DNA of 64,000 nt. It comes from Alphaproteobacteria bacterium (GTDB lineage Bacteria > Pseudomonadota > Alphaproteobacteria > Bin95). The notes under the pieces were generated by a model. The model did not search any database. It was not told the origin of the DNA and saw only the letters and a program-made list of their open reading frames with translations. The stretch covers positions 76,655 through 140,654 of the forward strand of contig CBFIAF010000004.1 in assembly GCA_965660545.1 (NCBI GenBank), in the 5' to 3' direction. The first letter of the stretch is position 1, and each line of letters starts with the position of its first letter. Of the stretch, positions 1 through 10,065 are shown piece after piece. The translations under genes and the position numbers were made by a program.

Positions 1-476
1 TCGAAACCGGCGGCGGCGTCCTGAAAGCTTTGCCCTTGCTGGGGGCAGAGCCGTTCTATGCCGTCAATGCAGATGTTTGGTGGGCGGGATCACTTCCATC
101 CGGCCTAAAAGCACTTGCATCCTATTGGCGGCCACAAGCGATGGACGTGCTTTTGCTGCTACAAGCAACAGCGAAGATCGATGGCTATGACGGGCGTGGA
201 GATTTCTACTTAGACGGCCTTGGCCAGCTCACCCGGAAGCAGGACAGCGAAACCGCACCCTTCGTGTTTACCGGCGCACAAATTCTAAGCCCATCAGCGT
301 TTGCAGGCGTCCAGTCCGGCGCATTCTCCTTGAATAGAATTTATGATCAGGCGGCAGCAAACGGGCGACTGTTTGGTCTTTCCCACAGTGGCGGATGGGC
401 TGACATTGGCACACCGCAACGGCTAACCCGGGCCAGAAACGCTGCAGAGACGGCACGCGCACGCCAACTCCTATGA
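1..476 (+). CDS. Nucleotidyltransferase family protein (MurU-like sugar-1-phosphate nucleotidyltransferase), 5'-partial at window edge
   Basis: The frame is open back to nt 1. The translation (ETGGGVLKALPLLGAEPFYAVNADVWW...) resembles MurNAc-1-P uridylyltransferase-type nucleotidyltransferases. Its stop overlaps the addB start (ATGA). The murU-addB-addA-trxA order is conserved in alphaproteobacteria. Confidence 0.6.
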   Translation, partial: ETGGGVLKALPLLGAEPFYAVNADVWWAGSLPSGLKALASYWRPQAMDVLLLLQATAKIDGYDGRGDFYLDGLGQLTRKQDSETAPFVFTGAQILSPSAFAGVQSGAFSLNRIYDQAAANGRLFGLSHSGGWADIGTPQRLTRARNAAETARARQLL

Positions 477-3400
477 CAGACGAAGATGCAGTAATTGGAC
501 TGTCCGGCATCTATACGATTCCACCGGGCGCGGATTTCCTGGGCACATTGGCGAAAGGCCTCGCGAGCCATATTCCTTCTGCAAGCCTTGGTCAGACCAA
601 GATATTTCTTCCAACGCGCCGCGCCTGTCGGGCGCTAACGGAAGCCTTCCTGGACGGCCAAGATGCTGCGAGATTGCTGCCCGCAGCCTATCCACTGGGT
701 GATGTTGACCTGGATGACCTGGCATTTCAAAGCGACATCCACGCTAGCGCTGCTGCCGAAAGGGCAATCGAACTTCAGCCAGCCCTCGCCTCAACCCGGC
801 GGACTCTAATGTTGGCCCGATTAGCGCAAGCTAAAGAACGCAGCGAACATGGTGCCGACATGCCACTTCCAGCAGCCCTAAGACTTGGCCGGGAGCTTGG
901 CCGATTTCTGGATGACCTAGCGATTGACCGGGTGAACCCAGACGCCGTCAGCCAGATTGATGCAGGTGAATATGCGGCCCATTGGCATCGCGTCGTCACG
1001 TTCTTGGAAATTGTGATCAAGCAATGGCCAGACATGCTGGCTGAGCTTGATCGCTTGGACCCCACCACCCGTCGCGAAGCATTGATTGATGCCCAGGCGG
1101 AAGCTTGGACGCGCCAACCGCCCACCCAGCCTACATTGATCGCAGGCTCGACCGGCGCGCAACTCGGCACGCGTGCACTAATGTCGGCACTTCTGGATGG
1201 CCCTAACGGAATTGTCGTTCTCCCCGGTTTCGAGAACGATGTCGACGATGATGGCTTTCGGCATATCCGAGAAAGCCCAGGCCACCCGCAGCACGCCATG
1301 GCAACAGCGCTTGCAGCACTAGACTTCAAACCGGCTGACGTGCAAACTTGGGCAGTGGATGCACCTGCTTCACCGCGCGCCAATCTTATTGTTGAGGCGC
1401 TTAGGCCAGCGCGGGATGCACAGAAGTGGCGGTCTATTCAGCCAAGACAATTCACCCAAGCGAACAAAAATCTTCAGCGCGTGGATGCTGCGAGCCAGGA
1501 TCAAGAAGCCCGCATTGCCGCGATTTTCCTTCGTGAACAACTGCAAATTCTGGCTTTGGAAAAACCCTACCCCAAGCTGGCGCTTGTAACACCGGATCGG
1601 GGCTTGGCGCGCAGGGTTCGGGCTGAACTGCGGCGTTGGGAGATTGAAGCAGATGACAGCGCCGGTGAGCCGCTTGGTCAAACACCCCTCGGTGCTTATC
1701 TCCGCCTTGCCGCCCGCGCTTGCCGCACCGGAGCGGACGCTGTCGATATTCTCTCACTGCTGAAGCATCCATTGAGCGCAGGCGGCATCAGCCGTGCAGA
1801 ATTTCGCACCAACGCCCGCGCGCTTGAACGCACCGTATGGCGGGATGACCGGCACCAACGCCAAGCCCGCACACTGGCTGATGCCGCCACACTTCTGCAT
1901 GAACTAGAAAAGCCAGAGCTGGCGGCATTTGCTGAACGCGCGCACGACTTGATAGCCCCATTAATCGAGCAGCTCACAGAGGGCGACGCACTCCGCCCAA
2001 TGCTGGAAGCGCACATCCGCATTGCCGAAGCGCTGGCCGCAAGCGATGAGAGCGAGGGCGCTGCAGCCCTCTGGCAGGGGGACGCAGGCGAAGCCGCTGC
2101 CGCCCTCCTCGCTGAAACTTTAGATGCGGCGGACGCTAGCCCATCGCTAAATGGCCGGGATTATCCCGAAAGCTTTGAGGCGCTCATCGAAGGTGCCGCT
2201 GTTCGCAATAACCAAGCAGCTGGCTCGCCGATCCAGATCATGGGCGTATTGGAAGCGCGTCTCGCGGGGTTCGATGCTGTCGTACTTGGCGGGCTAGATG
2301 AAGGTGTATGGCCGCGCCCGCCCGCCGCCGACCCGTGGTTCAGCCGCGCCATGCGCCGGGAGATCGGGCTGACGGACCCGGAAAAGCGCCTTGGCCTTTC
2401 TGCCCATGACTTCGCGCAACTTCTGCATTGCCCAAATGTCCTTCTAACCCGAAGCCTACTGCGCGACGATGCGCCGACCAAGCCATCGCGCTGGCTGGTC
2501 CGCCTGGATGCGGTTGTGGCGGCGGACGGTGCCTGCCCGAAACTAACGGATGGTCAGGAGCGCTATCGCTATCTGGCGGCAGCGCTCGATCCGATACAGG
2601 ACATTGCAGGCTCCGAACCGCCAAACTTCTGCCCGCCTATCAAGGCCCGTCCTCGCCGCCTTTCTGCAACGGAAATCGATACGCTGATCCTTGATCCCTA
2701 CGCGATCTATGCCAAACGCGTACTTGAGCTGTATCCGCTTGGCGACCTAGACCCAGCGCCAAGTCCCGCTGACAGGGGCCGTATTGTCCACGCTGCATTT
2801 GAATCCTTCCTGCAAAAATACCCTGACCACCTACCGGATGACGTTCTGGCCGCAATCCTAGAAGCGGGCGATGAAGCGTTCGCGGAGTTCGCCGATCACG
2901 CAGAAGCGCAAGCCTTTTGGCGGCCAGCGTTCGAGCGGTCCGCACGCTGGGCTGCAGAGCGGGAGATTGCACATCGCGAAGATATCGCACTTGCGAAAGC
3001 CCATGCGGAATTGAGAGGCGAGGTCGTATTCCAAGCTCCCGGCGGGCCGTTCAAGCTGACCGCCAGGGCAGATAGGATCGACGCCAGCGGCGACGGCACG
3101 CTCGCTATCGTCGATTATAAGACTGGCGCGCCGCCCACAAAAAAAGCCATAGCGAGCGCCGATGCGCCGCAATTGCCATTGGAAGCTGCAATCGCCCGTC
3201 ACGGTGCCTTCAAAGATGGTGATGGTGAAACCCTTGCCGCACTTGAAACATCGCTGCTCGCAATATGGCAGTTGGCGGGCCGTGAAGGCGGCAAAGTGAC
3301 GGCTATTGATGGTGAGGTCGCCGAATCCGCCATGGATATCGCGTGGGAAGGCTTCCAACGCCTGATTGCAGGCTTCGATGAGGCAGATACGCCTTATCTC

Positions 3401-3490
3401 AGCGAACCGCGCGCAGCCTTTAATGAGGCACCCCGATTTTCCAAATACCGAACGCTCGCCAGGCTCTCCAATGATGTGGAGGAGTCTTGA
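473..3490 (+). CDS. addB: Double-strand break repair protein AddB (alphaproteobacterial type, C-terminal PD-(D/E)XK nuclease)
   Basis: 1005 aa ORF with a C-terminal nuclease motif (GRADRIDASGDGTLAIVDYKTG). It lies directly upstream of the UvrD-like AddA gene and is translationally coupled to it (ATGA overlap at 3487-3490). Confidence 0.85.
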   Translation: MTDEDAVIGLSGIYTIPPGADFLGTLAKGLASHIPSASLGQTKIFLPTRRACRALTEAFLDGQDAARLLPAAYPLGDVDLDDLAFQSDIHASAAAERAIELQPALASTRRTLMLARLAQAKERSEHGADMPLPAALRLGRELGRFLDDLAIDRVNPDAVSQIDAGEYAAHWHRVVTFLEIVIKQWPDMLAELDRLDPTTRREALIDAQAEAWTRQPPTQPTLIAGSTGAQLGTRALMSALLDGPNGIVVLPGFENDVDDDGFRHIRESPGHPQHAMATALAALDFKPADVQTWAVDAPASPRANLIVEALRPARDAQKWRSIQPRQFTQANKNLQRVDAASQDQEARIAAIFLREQLQILALEKPYPKLALVTPDRGLARRVRAELRRWEIEADDSAGEPLGQTPLGAYLRLAARACRTGADAVDILSLLKHPLSAGGISRAEFRTNARALERTVWRDDRHQRQARTLADAATLLHELEKPELAAFAERAHDLIAPLIEQLTEGDALRPMLEAHIRIAEALAASDESEGAAALWQGDAGEAAAALLAETLDAADASPSLNGRDYPESFEALIEGAAVRNNQAAGSPIQIMGVLEARLAGFDAVVLGGLDEGVWPRPPAADPWFSRAMRREIGLTDPEKRLGLSAHDFAQLLHCPNVLLTRSLLRDDAPTKPSRWLVRLDAVVAADGACPKLTDGQERYRYLAAALDPIQDIAGSEPPNFCPPIKARPRRLSATEIDTLILDPYAIYAKRVLELYPLGDLDPAPSPADRGRIVHAAFESFLQKYPDHLPDDVLAAILEAGDEAFAEFADHAEAQAFWRPAFERSARWAAEREIAHREDIALAKAHAELRGEVVFQAPGGPFKLTARADRIDASGDGTLAIVDYKTGAPPTKKAIASADAPQLPLEAAIARHGAFKDGDGETLAALETSLLAIWQLAGREGGKVTAIDGEVAESAMDIAWEGFQRLIAGFDEADTPYLSEPRAAFNEAPRFSKYRTLARLSNDVEES

Positions 3491-6400
3491 TGGCTGATAA
3501 TCCCACAGAACGCGCCACCCGCAGCCAACGGATTGTCTCAACGCCCAACCTTTCGGCTTGGGTCAGCGCATCCGCCGGGTCCGGGAAAACCAAGGTGCTG
3601 ACGGACCGGGCTTTGCGGTTGATGCTGGCAGGTTCGCAGCCAGACCGCATCCTTTGCCTGACATTCACTAAGGCCGCCGCTGCTGAAATGGCGAACCGCA
3701 TCATCAATCGCTTGAGCCTATGGGCTGCTGCCAGCCAGGACGCTCTCCGCGAAGACTTGAGCGGCATGGGTGCCTTCAACCCGACGCCTGAGATGCTTGC
3801 CCGCGCTGCAAAGCTGTTCGCCACTGTCGTTGATGCGCCAGGCGGGTTGAAAGTGCAGACGGTGCATTCCTTCTGCCAATCCGCACTGGAACGCTTTCCC
3901 GTGGAGGCAGGCGTGCCGCCAGGGTTTGCTGCCCTAGACGAACGCGCCGCTGCAGACCTTCTCCGCGAAGCCCGAGATGGCATGCTTCAGGATATTCTTG
4001 CAGGCGAAGCTTCTGACCCACGTTTGACCCCTGCCTTGGAGCGTTTGGTGCAACGGGGCACTGCAGACGCATTCGACGAGCTACTAAAGGCGTTATTGGC
4101 CGAGCGTGCACGGATCGATCAACTCGGCGGGGCGGATGCTGCCACCCAAGCCGCCTGGCGCTTGCTTGAAGTAGATGCAGAAAGCGCAGCCCCTGAGTTC
4201 GCCATGCGCTCCATCGTGACGCTTGATCAAGGTATGGAAACCAAGCTCCGTCGGTTGATGACGGCGTGGCTGGATGGTGGGAAGACGGATAAAAGCAAAG
4301 GCGACACGTTAGATGCATGGCTAGCAAGCGATACGGATGGCCGCTGCGCGATGACGCCACCGTTGTTCAGTGCATTCTTTACGGGCGGCGGTGAAAGCAC
4401 ACCATTCGCAAGCGCCGCCACAAAGGGTGTCCTCAAAGCCAATACCTGGTTCGAAGAAGTGCACGCGGACTGCCTGGACTGGATTACCAATGCGCGCGAA
4501 CGCCTTTGGGCGGCCGAATGTGCGGCGGATACAGAAGCAGCCATCCGCCTCGCCAGCGCCATTGGCGAGCGTTATGCCCGGGCTAAACGGGTTGCGGCAA
4601 AGCTCGATTTCGACGACTTGATCCTAAAAACTCGCGACCTGCTGGAAGCCGATGGTGGCGCTGGATGGGCGCTTTATAAACTAGACGCAGGCATTGACCA
4701 CATCCTGGTCGATGAAGCCCAAGACACAAACTCAGAGCAGTGGGCGATTGTTCATGCTCTCGCTGAAGAATTCTATCGTGATGGCGCTGATATGGGCCGC
4801 ACGCTGTTTGCAGTTGGCGATCCGAAGCAATCGATCTTCAGCTTCCAACGGGCTGATCCCAAAGAGTTTGCGAAAAGCCGGGCGCGGTTCAAGACCCTGG
4901 TGACAGGCGCTGAGCAAGAGTTCGAAGATCGGTCCTTGGATGTATCATTTCGGTCCGTCCCGGCCGTCCTCTGCGCTGTGGACGCCACGTTTGCAGCACT
5001 GGCAGCCTACCAAGGCCTTGCACCGGAAGCAGAGCCGCCCGCCCATATCTCCGCCCGCCCGGGCCTGCCCGGACGCGTCGAGCTATGGCCAGTGCTCGAG
5101 AAGCCGGAAACGGCGGACATGCCGGACCGCTGGACGCCGTTGAAGGCCTATCCAGACGCCAACGTTAGCGTCGAGGCTGGGTTGGCCGCACTTGTCGCTA
5201 ATAAGATCGAAGAACTACTCAATGATCCAAATGAACGCCTGCCGCCGGGACCATCAGCGCCCGAAGGACGCCGCATTCGTGCCAGTGACATCATGGTTGT
5301 CCTCCAGACCCGGAGCACCTTCGGCGACCTGCTTACCCGCGCCCTGAAAACCAAAGATATCGCTACCGCTGGCGTCGACCGGATGCGGCTAACACGACAA
5401 CTCGCTATCCGTGACCTGATTGCGTTGGGCGCTATCGCTATTCTGCCAGAAGACGATCTGTCCCTCGCCGTACTGCTGAAATCACCGCTGATTGGGCTGT
5501 GCGAGAAGGAGCTGTTCGAATTGGCGCATAGCCGACGCGAGCAACCACTTTGGCGACGCCTGCAAGAGCGCGCGGCGGAACCAGGTTCAGCCTATGCAGA
5601 GGCTTGGGCCTTTGTCAGTGAAGCGCTAAGGCGCGCCGACTTCGAACCGCCATTCGATTTCTATCAATGGGCGCTCGGCGCAATGCGGGGCCGCGCCCGC
5701 ATGATCTCTGCCATGGGCGAAGCCATCCGTGACCCGCTTGATGCCTTTATGTCCCTGGCGTTGGCCTATAGCGATGACAATGCGCCAAGTATGCAAGGCT
5801 TCCTCGGCTGGGTTGAACGGGACCAAGTGGAGATCAAACGCCAGCTTGAAGAAGCTGCGTCGGGCGTGCGCATCATGACCACCCATGCTGCCAAAGGCCT
5901 GCAAGCGCCTGTGGTTTTCCTGCCTCAAACGACACGAGGGGAAGCAAACTACACACTGGGCTTATTCTGGACTGATACGGAGCAAGGCATTGCTCCGATA
6001 TTAGGGCCAACCCGTAAAGCGATTGATCCAACTGCAATCAATGCCCTCCGTGAAGCCCGCGCGCAGCGCCAGGAAGAAGAGCGTCGCCGCCTGCTCTATG
6101 TGGCTATGACCCGGGCAGAAGACAGGCTTTATGTCTGCGGCTGGGAGACCAACCTAAAAGCGGAAAAGATGGCGCTGACCTGGCATGGGCTTGTTGAAAC
6201 TGGCATACGCTCGCTCGAAGACCACGTTGAGGAAGGTGTGTATTTCTCAGAAGCACCTATGCTGGTCTTAGACGATCAAGGCGATGGTACGTCTGTCGAA
6301 GGCGTTCAGACGGATTTCAGCCCTGACATCCGGCACATATTGCCCGGCTGGTGGCAGCAACCCTTCGCAGCCCCGCCCCGCGCACCCGAAATCAAGGCAC

Positions 6401-6981
6401 CATCTAAGCTTGTGCCAGAAGCCGTGGCCGATCTATCGCCGGTACTCTCACCGTTGGAATGGGGCCAGAAATCAGAACGCGCAGCCACGCGCTTTGGGCG
6501 CGGATTGATGATCCACCGCTTGCTGGAACGCCTGCCTGCCCTGCCCCGTGAGGCCCGGTCAAAAGCCGCTACACGCTACCTGGCCCGCGCAGACGGCGTC
6601 ACGCTAGCTGAGCAACAAGATATCCTTAAAGCCGTAATGCGGGTTGTAGAGGACCCAGAATTCGCAAATATCTTCGACGAACACGCACTGGCCGAAACGC
6701 CAATAGGCGGCACCCTCGCTGGCCAACCCGTCGCTGGCATTATTGACAGATTACTCGTGACAGAAGACGAAGTGCTGATTGTTGATTACAAGAGTAACCG
6801 CCCGCCGCCGACAACAGCGGAAGCCACACCGATTCCCTATCTGGCGCAAATGGCAGTGTATCGGGATTTGGCGGCGCAAGCGTTTCCTGGCCGAACAATC
6901 AAGGCGGCACTTCTCTGGACGGAGGCCCCAAGGCTTGTCATTCTACCGGATAGTCTAATCGCGCCACACAGTTTAGCGTAG
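3487..6981 (+). CDS. addA: Double-strand break repair helicase AddA (UvrD/REP helicase with C-terminal nuclease)
   Basis: 1164 aa ORF with Walker A (GSGKTKVLTDR), UvrD-family helicase motifs (VDEAQDTN) and a C-terminal PD-(D/E)XK-like motif (DRLLVTEDEVLIVDYKSN). Confidence 0.9.
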   Translation: MMADNPTERATRSQRIVSTPNLSAWVSASAGSGKTKVLTDRALRLMLAGSQPDRILCLTFTKAAAAEMANRIINRLSLWAAASQDALREDLSGMGAFNPTPEMLARAAKLFATVVDAPGGLKVQTVHSFCQSALERFPVEAGVPPGFAALDERAAADLLREARDGMLQDILAGEASDPRLTPALERLVQRGTADAFDELLKALLAERARIDQLGGADAATQAAWRLLEVDAESAAPEFAMRSIVTLDQGMETKLRRLMTAWLDGGKTDKSKGDTLDAWLASDTDGRCAMTPPLFSAFFTGGGESTPFASAATKGVLKANTWFEEVHADCLDWITNARERLWAAECAADTEAAIRLASAIGERYARAKRVAAKLDFDDLILKTRDLLEADGGAGWALYKLDAGIDHILVDEAQDTNSEQWAIVHALAEEFYRDGADMGRTLFAVGDPKQSIFSFQRADPKEFAKSRARFKTLVTGAEQEFEDRSLDVSFRSVPAVLCAVDATFAALAAYQGLAPEAEPPAHISARPGLPGRVELWPVLEKPETADMPDRWTPLKAYPDANVSVEAGLAALVANKIEELLNDPNERLPPGPSAPEGRRIRASDIMVVLQTRSTFGDLLTRALKTKDIATAGVDRMRLTRQLAIRDLIALGAIAILPEDDLSLAVLLKSPLIGLCEKELFELAHSRREQPLWRRLQERAAEPGSAYAEAWAFVSEALRRADFEPPFDFYQWALGAMRGRARMISAMGEAIRDPLDAFMSLALAYSDDNAPSMQGFLGWVERDQVEIKRQLEEAASGVRIMTTHAAKGLQAPVVFLPQTTRGEANYTLGLFWTDTEQGIAPILGPTRKAIDPTAINALREARAQRQEEERRRLLYVAMTRAEDRLYVCGWETNLKAEKMALTWHGLVETGIRSLEDHVEEGVYFSEAPMLVLDDQGDGTSVEGVQTDFSPDIRHILPGWWQQPFAAPPRAPEIKAPSKLVPEAVADLSPVLSPLEWGQKSERAATRFGRGLMIHRLLERLPALPREARSKAATRYLARADGVTLAEQQDILKAVMRVVEDPEFANIFDEHALAETPIGGTLAGQPVAGIIDRLLVTEDEVLIVDYKSNRPPPTTAEATPIPYLAQMAVYRDLAAQAFPGRTIKAALLWTEAPRLVILPDSLIAPHSLA

Positions 6982-7075
6982 ATCGCACAAATGAAGCAGG
7001 CCTCATCCGTTGACGGATCAGGTGCCAGCCCCTAGCTAGAACTCAACGATCACATCAATTGAAGGAATTACAGCC

Positions 7076-7396
7076 ATGGCCACGCGCCCCGTCACCGACA
7101 TCAGCTTTGATCAAGACGTTCTGAAGAGCGACAAACCCGTTGTTGTCGATTTTTGGGCAGAATGGTGCGGCCCCTGCAAAGCGATTGGCCCGGCTCTGGA
7201 AGAAATTTCCGAAGAACTGGCTGGCAAAGTTGATATCGTTAAGCTGAACATTGATGATAACCCGGGCGTGCCAGGGTCCCACGGTATTCGTGGCATTCCC
7301 ACGCTGATGATGTTCAAGGATGGCCAGCTGGCCGCAACCAAAGTGGGTGCAGCAGCAAAACCAGCCATCAAAGCCTGGGTCGAAGAGAACATTTGA
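7076..7396 (+). CDS. trxA: Thioredoxin
   Basis: 106 aa with the canonical WAEWCGPCK active site. Sits downstream of addA as in many alphaproteobacteria. Confidence 0.95.
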   Translation: MATRPVTDISFDQDVLKSDKPVVVDFWAEWCGPCKAIGPALEEISEELAGKVDIVKLNIDDNPGVPGSHGIRGIPTLMMFKDGQLAATKVGAAAKPAIKAWVEENI

Positions 7397-7717
7397 AGCT
7401 GATAGGGGCCGATCTATAAGGTCTTTATCAAGCTTCTATTAAGCCTAGTTCCGCTAGCCTGAGAGTTGCAGCGCCGGATGTCCCCCAGCGTGAAAAAACA
7501 GGCAGCGGCGAAATGGAGGATTTGGCCTCCGAGTTCATAACCGAAACGGCGGAGGGCTTGAACGCCCTCGACGTAGAATTGGTAACTCTGGAGCAGAATC
7601 CGAACGATTCTGCCATCCTTGGCGAAATTTCCCGTGCGTTTAGACCGCGGTGGATGGCGCACGCGGTATGTATCACCAGGTCTCGCAGCAATCTGAAATA
7701 CAAGCCGCCCGATCTGC

Positions 7718-8587
7718 CTAAGCGGCCGCGTTCTGCTGGTGGACGGCGTCCCATTGCGCCGCTTCCCATCCGATCATGGCAAGCTTGCGGGGAATGCCCC
7801 ATTCGTAGTTCCGCACATAGCCGTTGCTGAGAATCGCCCGGTGGCACGGGATGAGCCAACTGATCGGATTCCTACCAATTGCTGCACCAACCGCCCGCGC
7901 CGCCTTCGGTTGACCAGCAAGCTTCGCAATAGCACCATAGGTCATTAGATAACCGTCTGGAATCTCCAGCAGCGCCCGCCAGACTTTGATCTGAAACGGC
8001 GTGCCAATCAGGCAAAGCGGCAGTGGGTCCTGGTTGGCCGCATCCTGGAAAATCCTTGCTGCCATGGCTTCGGCTGCAGCAACATCCTCAACAAATTCAG
8101 CCGCCGGCCAACGCCCCTGCATACTGGCGAGGACATCCGCCTGCTCACCCTTAGCGCCCGGCTCTGCAAACGCCAGACCGGCCAAGCCGCGGTCCGTCAT
8201 AAACAGCAGTGTCAGACCGAATGGCGATTCAGCCCAGCCCCAGCGCATCGGAAGCCCCTCACCCCGACGCTTGTAATCATCGGGAGTCATGGCTTCGTGG
8301 ACGACGAATAGATCATGCAAGCGTCCCGGGCCGGATAGGCCTGCATCCAACGCTGCATCGAGCAAGCTTTGGCTTTCTTCCAGCCGCGCTTTTGCATAAT
8401 CTAAAGTCAAGTGTTGCAGGAACTTCTTAGGGCTAAGCCCCACCCAACGTTTGAAAACTCTCTGGAAATGCGCAGGGGACATGCCCGCTTCAGCCGCGAC
8501 CCAGTCCAGGTCAGGCTGTTCTGCCCGCATATCGGCAATGGCGGCCATCGCGGATGCGATTTTCGGGTAGGCATCAACATCAGTCAT
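7718..8587 (-). CDS. AraC-family HTH fused to methylated-DNA-protein-cysteine methyltransferase (Ada-like, lacking the Zn methylphosphotriester domain)
   Basis: N-terminal AraC-type HTH (SPAHFQRVFKRWVGLSPKKFLQ). C-terminal MGMT domain with the PCHR active-site motif (IPCHRAI) and DNA-binding helix. Confidence 0.8.
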   Translation of the reverse strand: MTDVDAYPKIASAMAAIADMRAEQPDLDWVAAEAGMSPAHFQRVFKRWVGLSPKKFLQHLTLDYAKARLEESQSLLDAALDAGLSGPGRLHDLFVVHEAMTPDDYKRRGEGLPMRWGWAESPFGLTLLFMTDRGLAGLAFAEPGAKGEQADVLASMQGRWPAAEFVEDVAAAEAMAARIFQDAANQDPLPLCLIGTPFQIKVWRALLEIPDGYLMTYGAIAKLAGQPKAARAVGAAIGRNPISWLIPCHRAILSNGYVRNYEWGIPRKLAMIGWEAAQWDAVHQQNAAA

Positions 8588-8665
8588 CTGAATGCTCCTT
8601 CAGCGTGTTGGAGCTTAGAATGGGGATGCACCCGCGCCCAAACCACCCGCTTCTTGCGGGTGCTG

Positions 8666-9955
8666 CTAATTTTTACCGGCGTGGGCATATACGGCCCGCT
8701 CAAACCGATCCAGCAGCGCCAGCACGCCTGGGTCCGCGAATGGGAACTGTTGAGTAAAGATCGCGCCGGACAGGTCAGACTTTGGATCGATCCAGAAATA
8801 TGAATTGCGCAATCCGGCCCACGCGAGCGATCCAGCGCGCCTGGCACCAGGCATATCATCCTGATTAATCATGAATGTCAGACCCCATTTTTTGGCCATA
8901 CCCGGATAGAATTCCGCATCACAAGTTAAGTGCGGCATGCAGCTGTTGAGTTTCTCGACCAGCAAATCGCCAATATGGTTCTGGCCCATCAACGCTACCG
9001 TTTCAGGCTTCAATATCTGCGCGCCGTCCAAACTGCCGCCGTTCAGCATCATACGCATGAAGCGGGCGTAATCAGGTGCGGTTGAATACATGCCCCCGCC
9101 GCCGTTGAAATGCGCCGGGTTCTGCGGGGGATCAAAATCGACTGCATTAACAGCACCATCTTCGCCACGTTGATGTACCCCGGCCAAGCGCGCCCGTAAC
9201 GCGTCTGTCAGCAGATACCCAGTCGACGCCATGCCAAGCGGCTTACATATATTTTCTTGGACATAGTCACTCAGCGCCTTACCTGTGACCGCTTCAAGCA
9301 CCTTCCCCGCCCAATCTATACCGACGCCATATTGCCAGCGAGTGCCAGGGTCAAATGCTAGGGGTGGGCGGTCCGCCACTGGGCCAAAGAGGTCTTCGCG
9401 TTTCACGCCATGGGCTTTGATCCAAGCCCGCTGATCCGCATTCCACATGTCATAGACATAGCCGGATGTGTGGGTGAGCAGATTGCGCAAAGTGATCACG
9501 CCTTTTGCTGGACGGAGGATAGGCTTCCCCTGGTCATCGAAGCCTTCAAACACATCCGGCATATTCAGGGCGGGTACAAGCGCACCGCAATCATCATCTA
9601 GGCGGATATTGCCTTGCTCCACCAATTGCATGCACGCAGCACCAGTGACCGGTTTGGTCATCGAATGGATCCACAGCACTTGATCCGTGCGCATAGCCTC
9701 ACTTGATCCCAAGCGGCGTTCACCAGCCGCCCCCTCATAGATCACGCCGCTGCTGTCAGCCGCGATAGCGACAACGCCTGGAACGGAGGCCGCAGCATCA
9801 AGCGATCCATTGACTACTTCAGCTATAATATCATCAATCTTCATATACATATCAGTGACTTTCCAGGCCTTATTCATTTTCATATTGATCTGAATTGGTC
9901 TTCCAACCACGATCACGGTCCAACTTATTCTGGCGCAAACGACCCCATTGCGCAT
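8666..9955 (-). CDS. Serine hydrolase (beta-lactamase/esterase family)
   Basis: S-x-x-K catalytic motif (SMTKPVTGAACMQLVEQG) and typical class C beta-lactamase/esterase fold signatures. The start codon is uncertain (internal ATGs at about 9883/9847). Confidence 0.75.
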   Translation of the reverse strand: MRNGVVCARISWTVIVVGRPIQINMKMNKAWKVTDMYMKIDDIIAEVVNGSLDAAASVPGVVAIAADSSGVIYEGAAGERRLGSSEAMRTDQVLWIHSMTKPVTGAACMQLVEQGNIRLDDDCGALVPALNMPDVFEGFDDQGKPILRPAKGVITLRNLLTHTSGYVYDMWNADQRAWIKAHGVKREDLFGPVADRPPLAFDPGTRWQYGVGIDWAGKVLEAVTGKALSDYVQENICKPLGMASTGYLLTDALRARLAGVHQRGEDGAVNAVDFDPPQNPAHFNGGGGMYSTAPDYARFMRMMLNGGSLDGAQILKPETVALMGQNHIGDLLVEKLNSCMPHLTCDAEFYPGMAKKWGLTFMINQDDMPGARRAGSLAWAGLRNSYFWIDPKSDLSGAIFTQQFPFADPGVLALLDRFERAVYAHAGKN

Positions 9956-10014
9956 CCGTTTCTATCTTGGCACGGGCGGCGCGGTAATAGAATTCCAGGA
10001 ATGTTTGACTCCAG

Positions 10015-10062
10015 TATGTAAATAATAAATATATAATAAAATATTTATTAATTACATAAGGC
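10015..10062 (+). promoter_or_regulatory. AT-rich palindromic element in the divergent intergenic region upstream of the MMPL operon (candidate promoter/operator)
   Basis: A roughly 45-nt stretch of almost pure A/T (gtaaataataaatatataataaaatatttattaattaca) containing the palindrome AAATATTT, in an otherwise roughly 58% GC genome. A TetR regulator is encoded at the end of the operon. Confidence 0.4.
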
Positions 10063-10065
10063 GAT

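Noticed and set aside
775-1383. Long antisense ORFs inside addB/addA, the MMPL gene and the cytochrome genes (for example 775-1383, 3420-3983, 3776-4360, 12096-12755, 44590-45090, 46957-47487)
   Set aside because: These are typical GC-rich frame artefacts. They have low-complexity Ala/Arg/Ser-rich translations, no RBS and lie fully within well-supported genes on the opposite strand.
7428-7859. 143-aa minus-strand ORF between trxA and ada
   Set aside because: It overlaps the Hpt-like remnant and the ada 3' end, and its Arg/Gly-rich translation has no motif.
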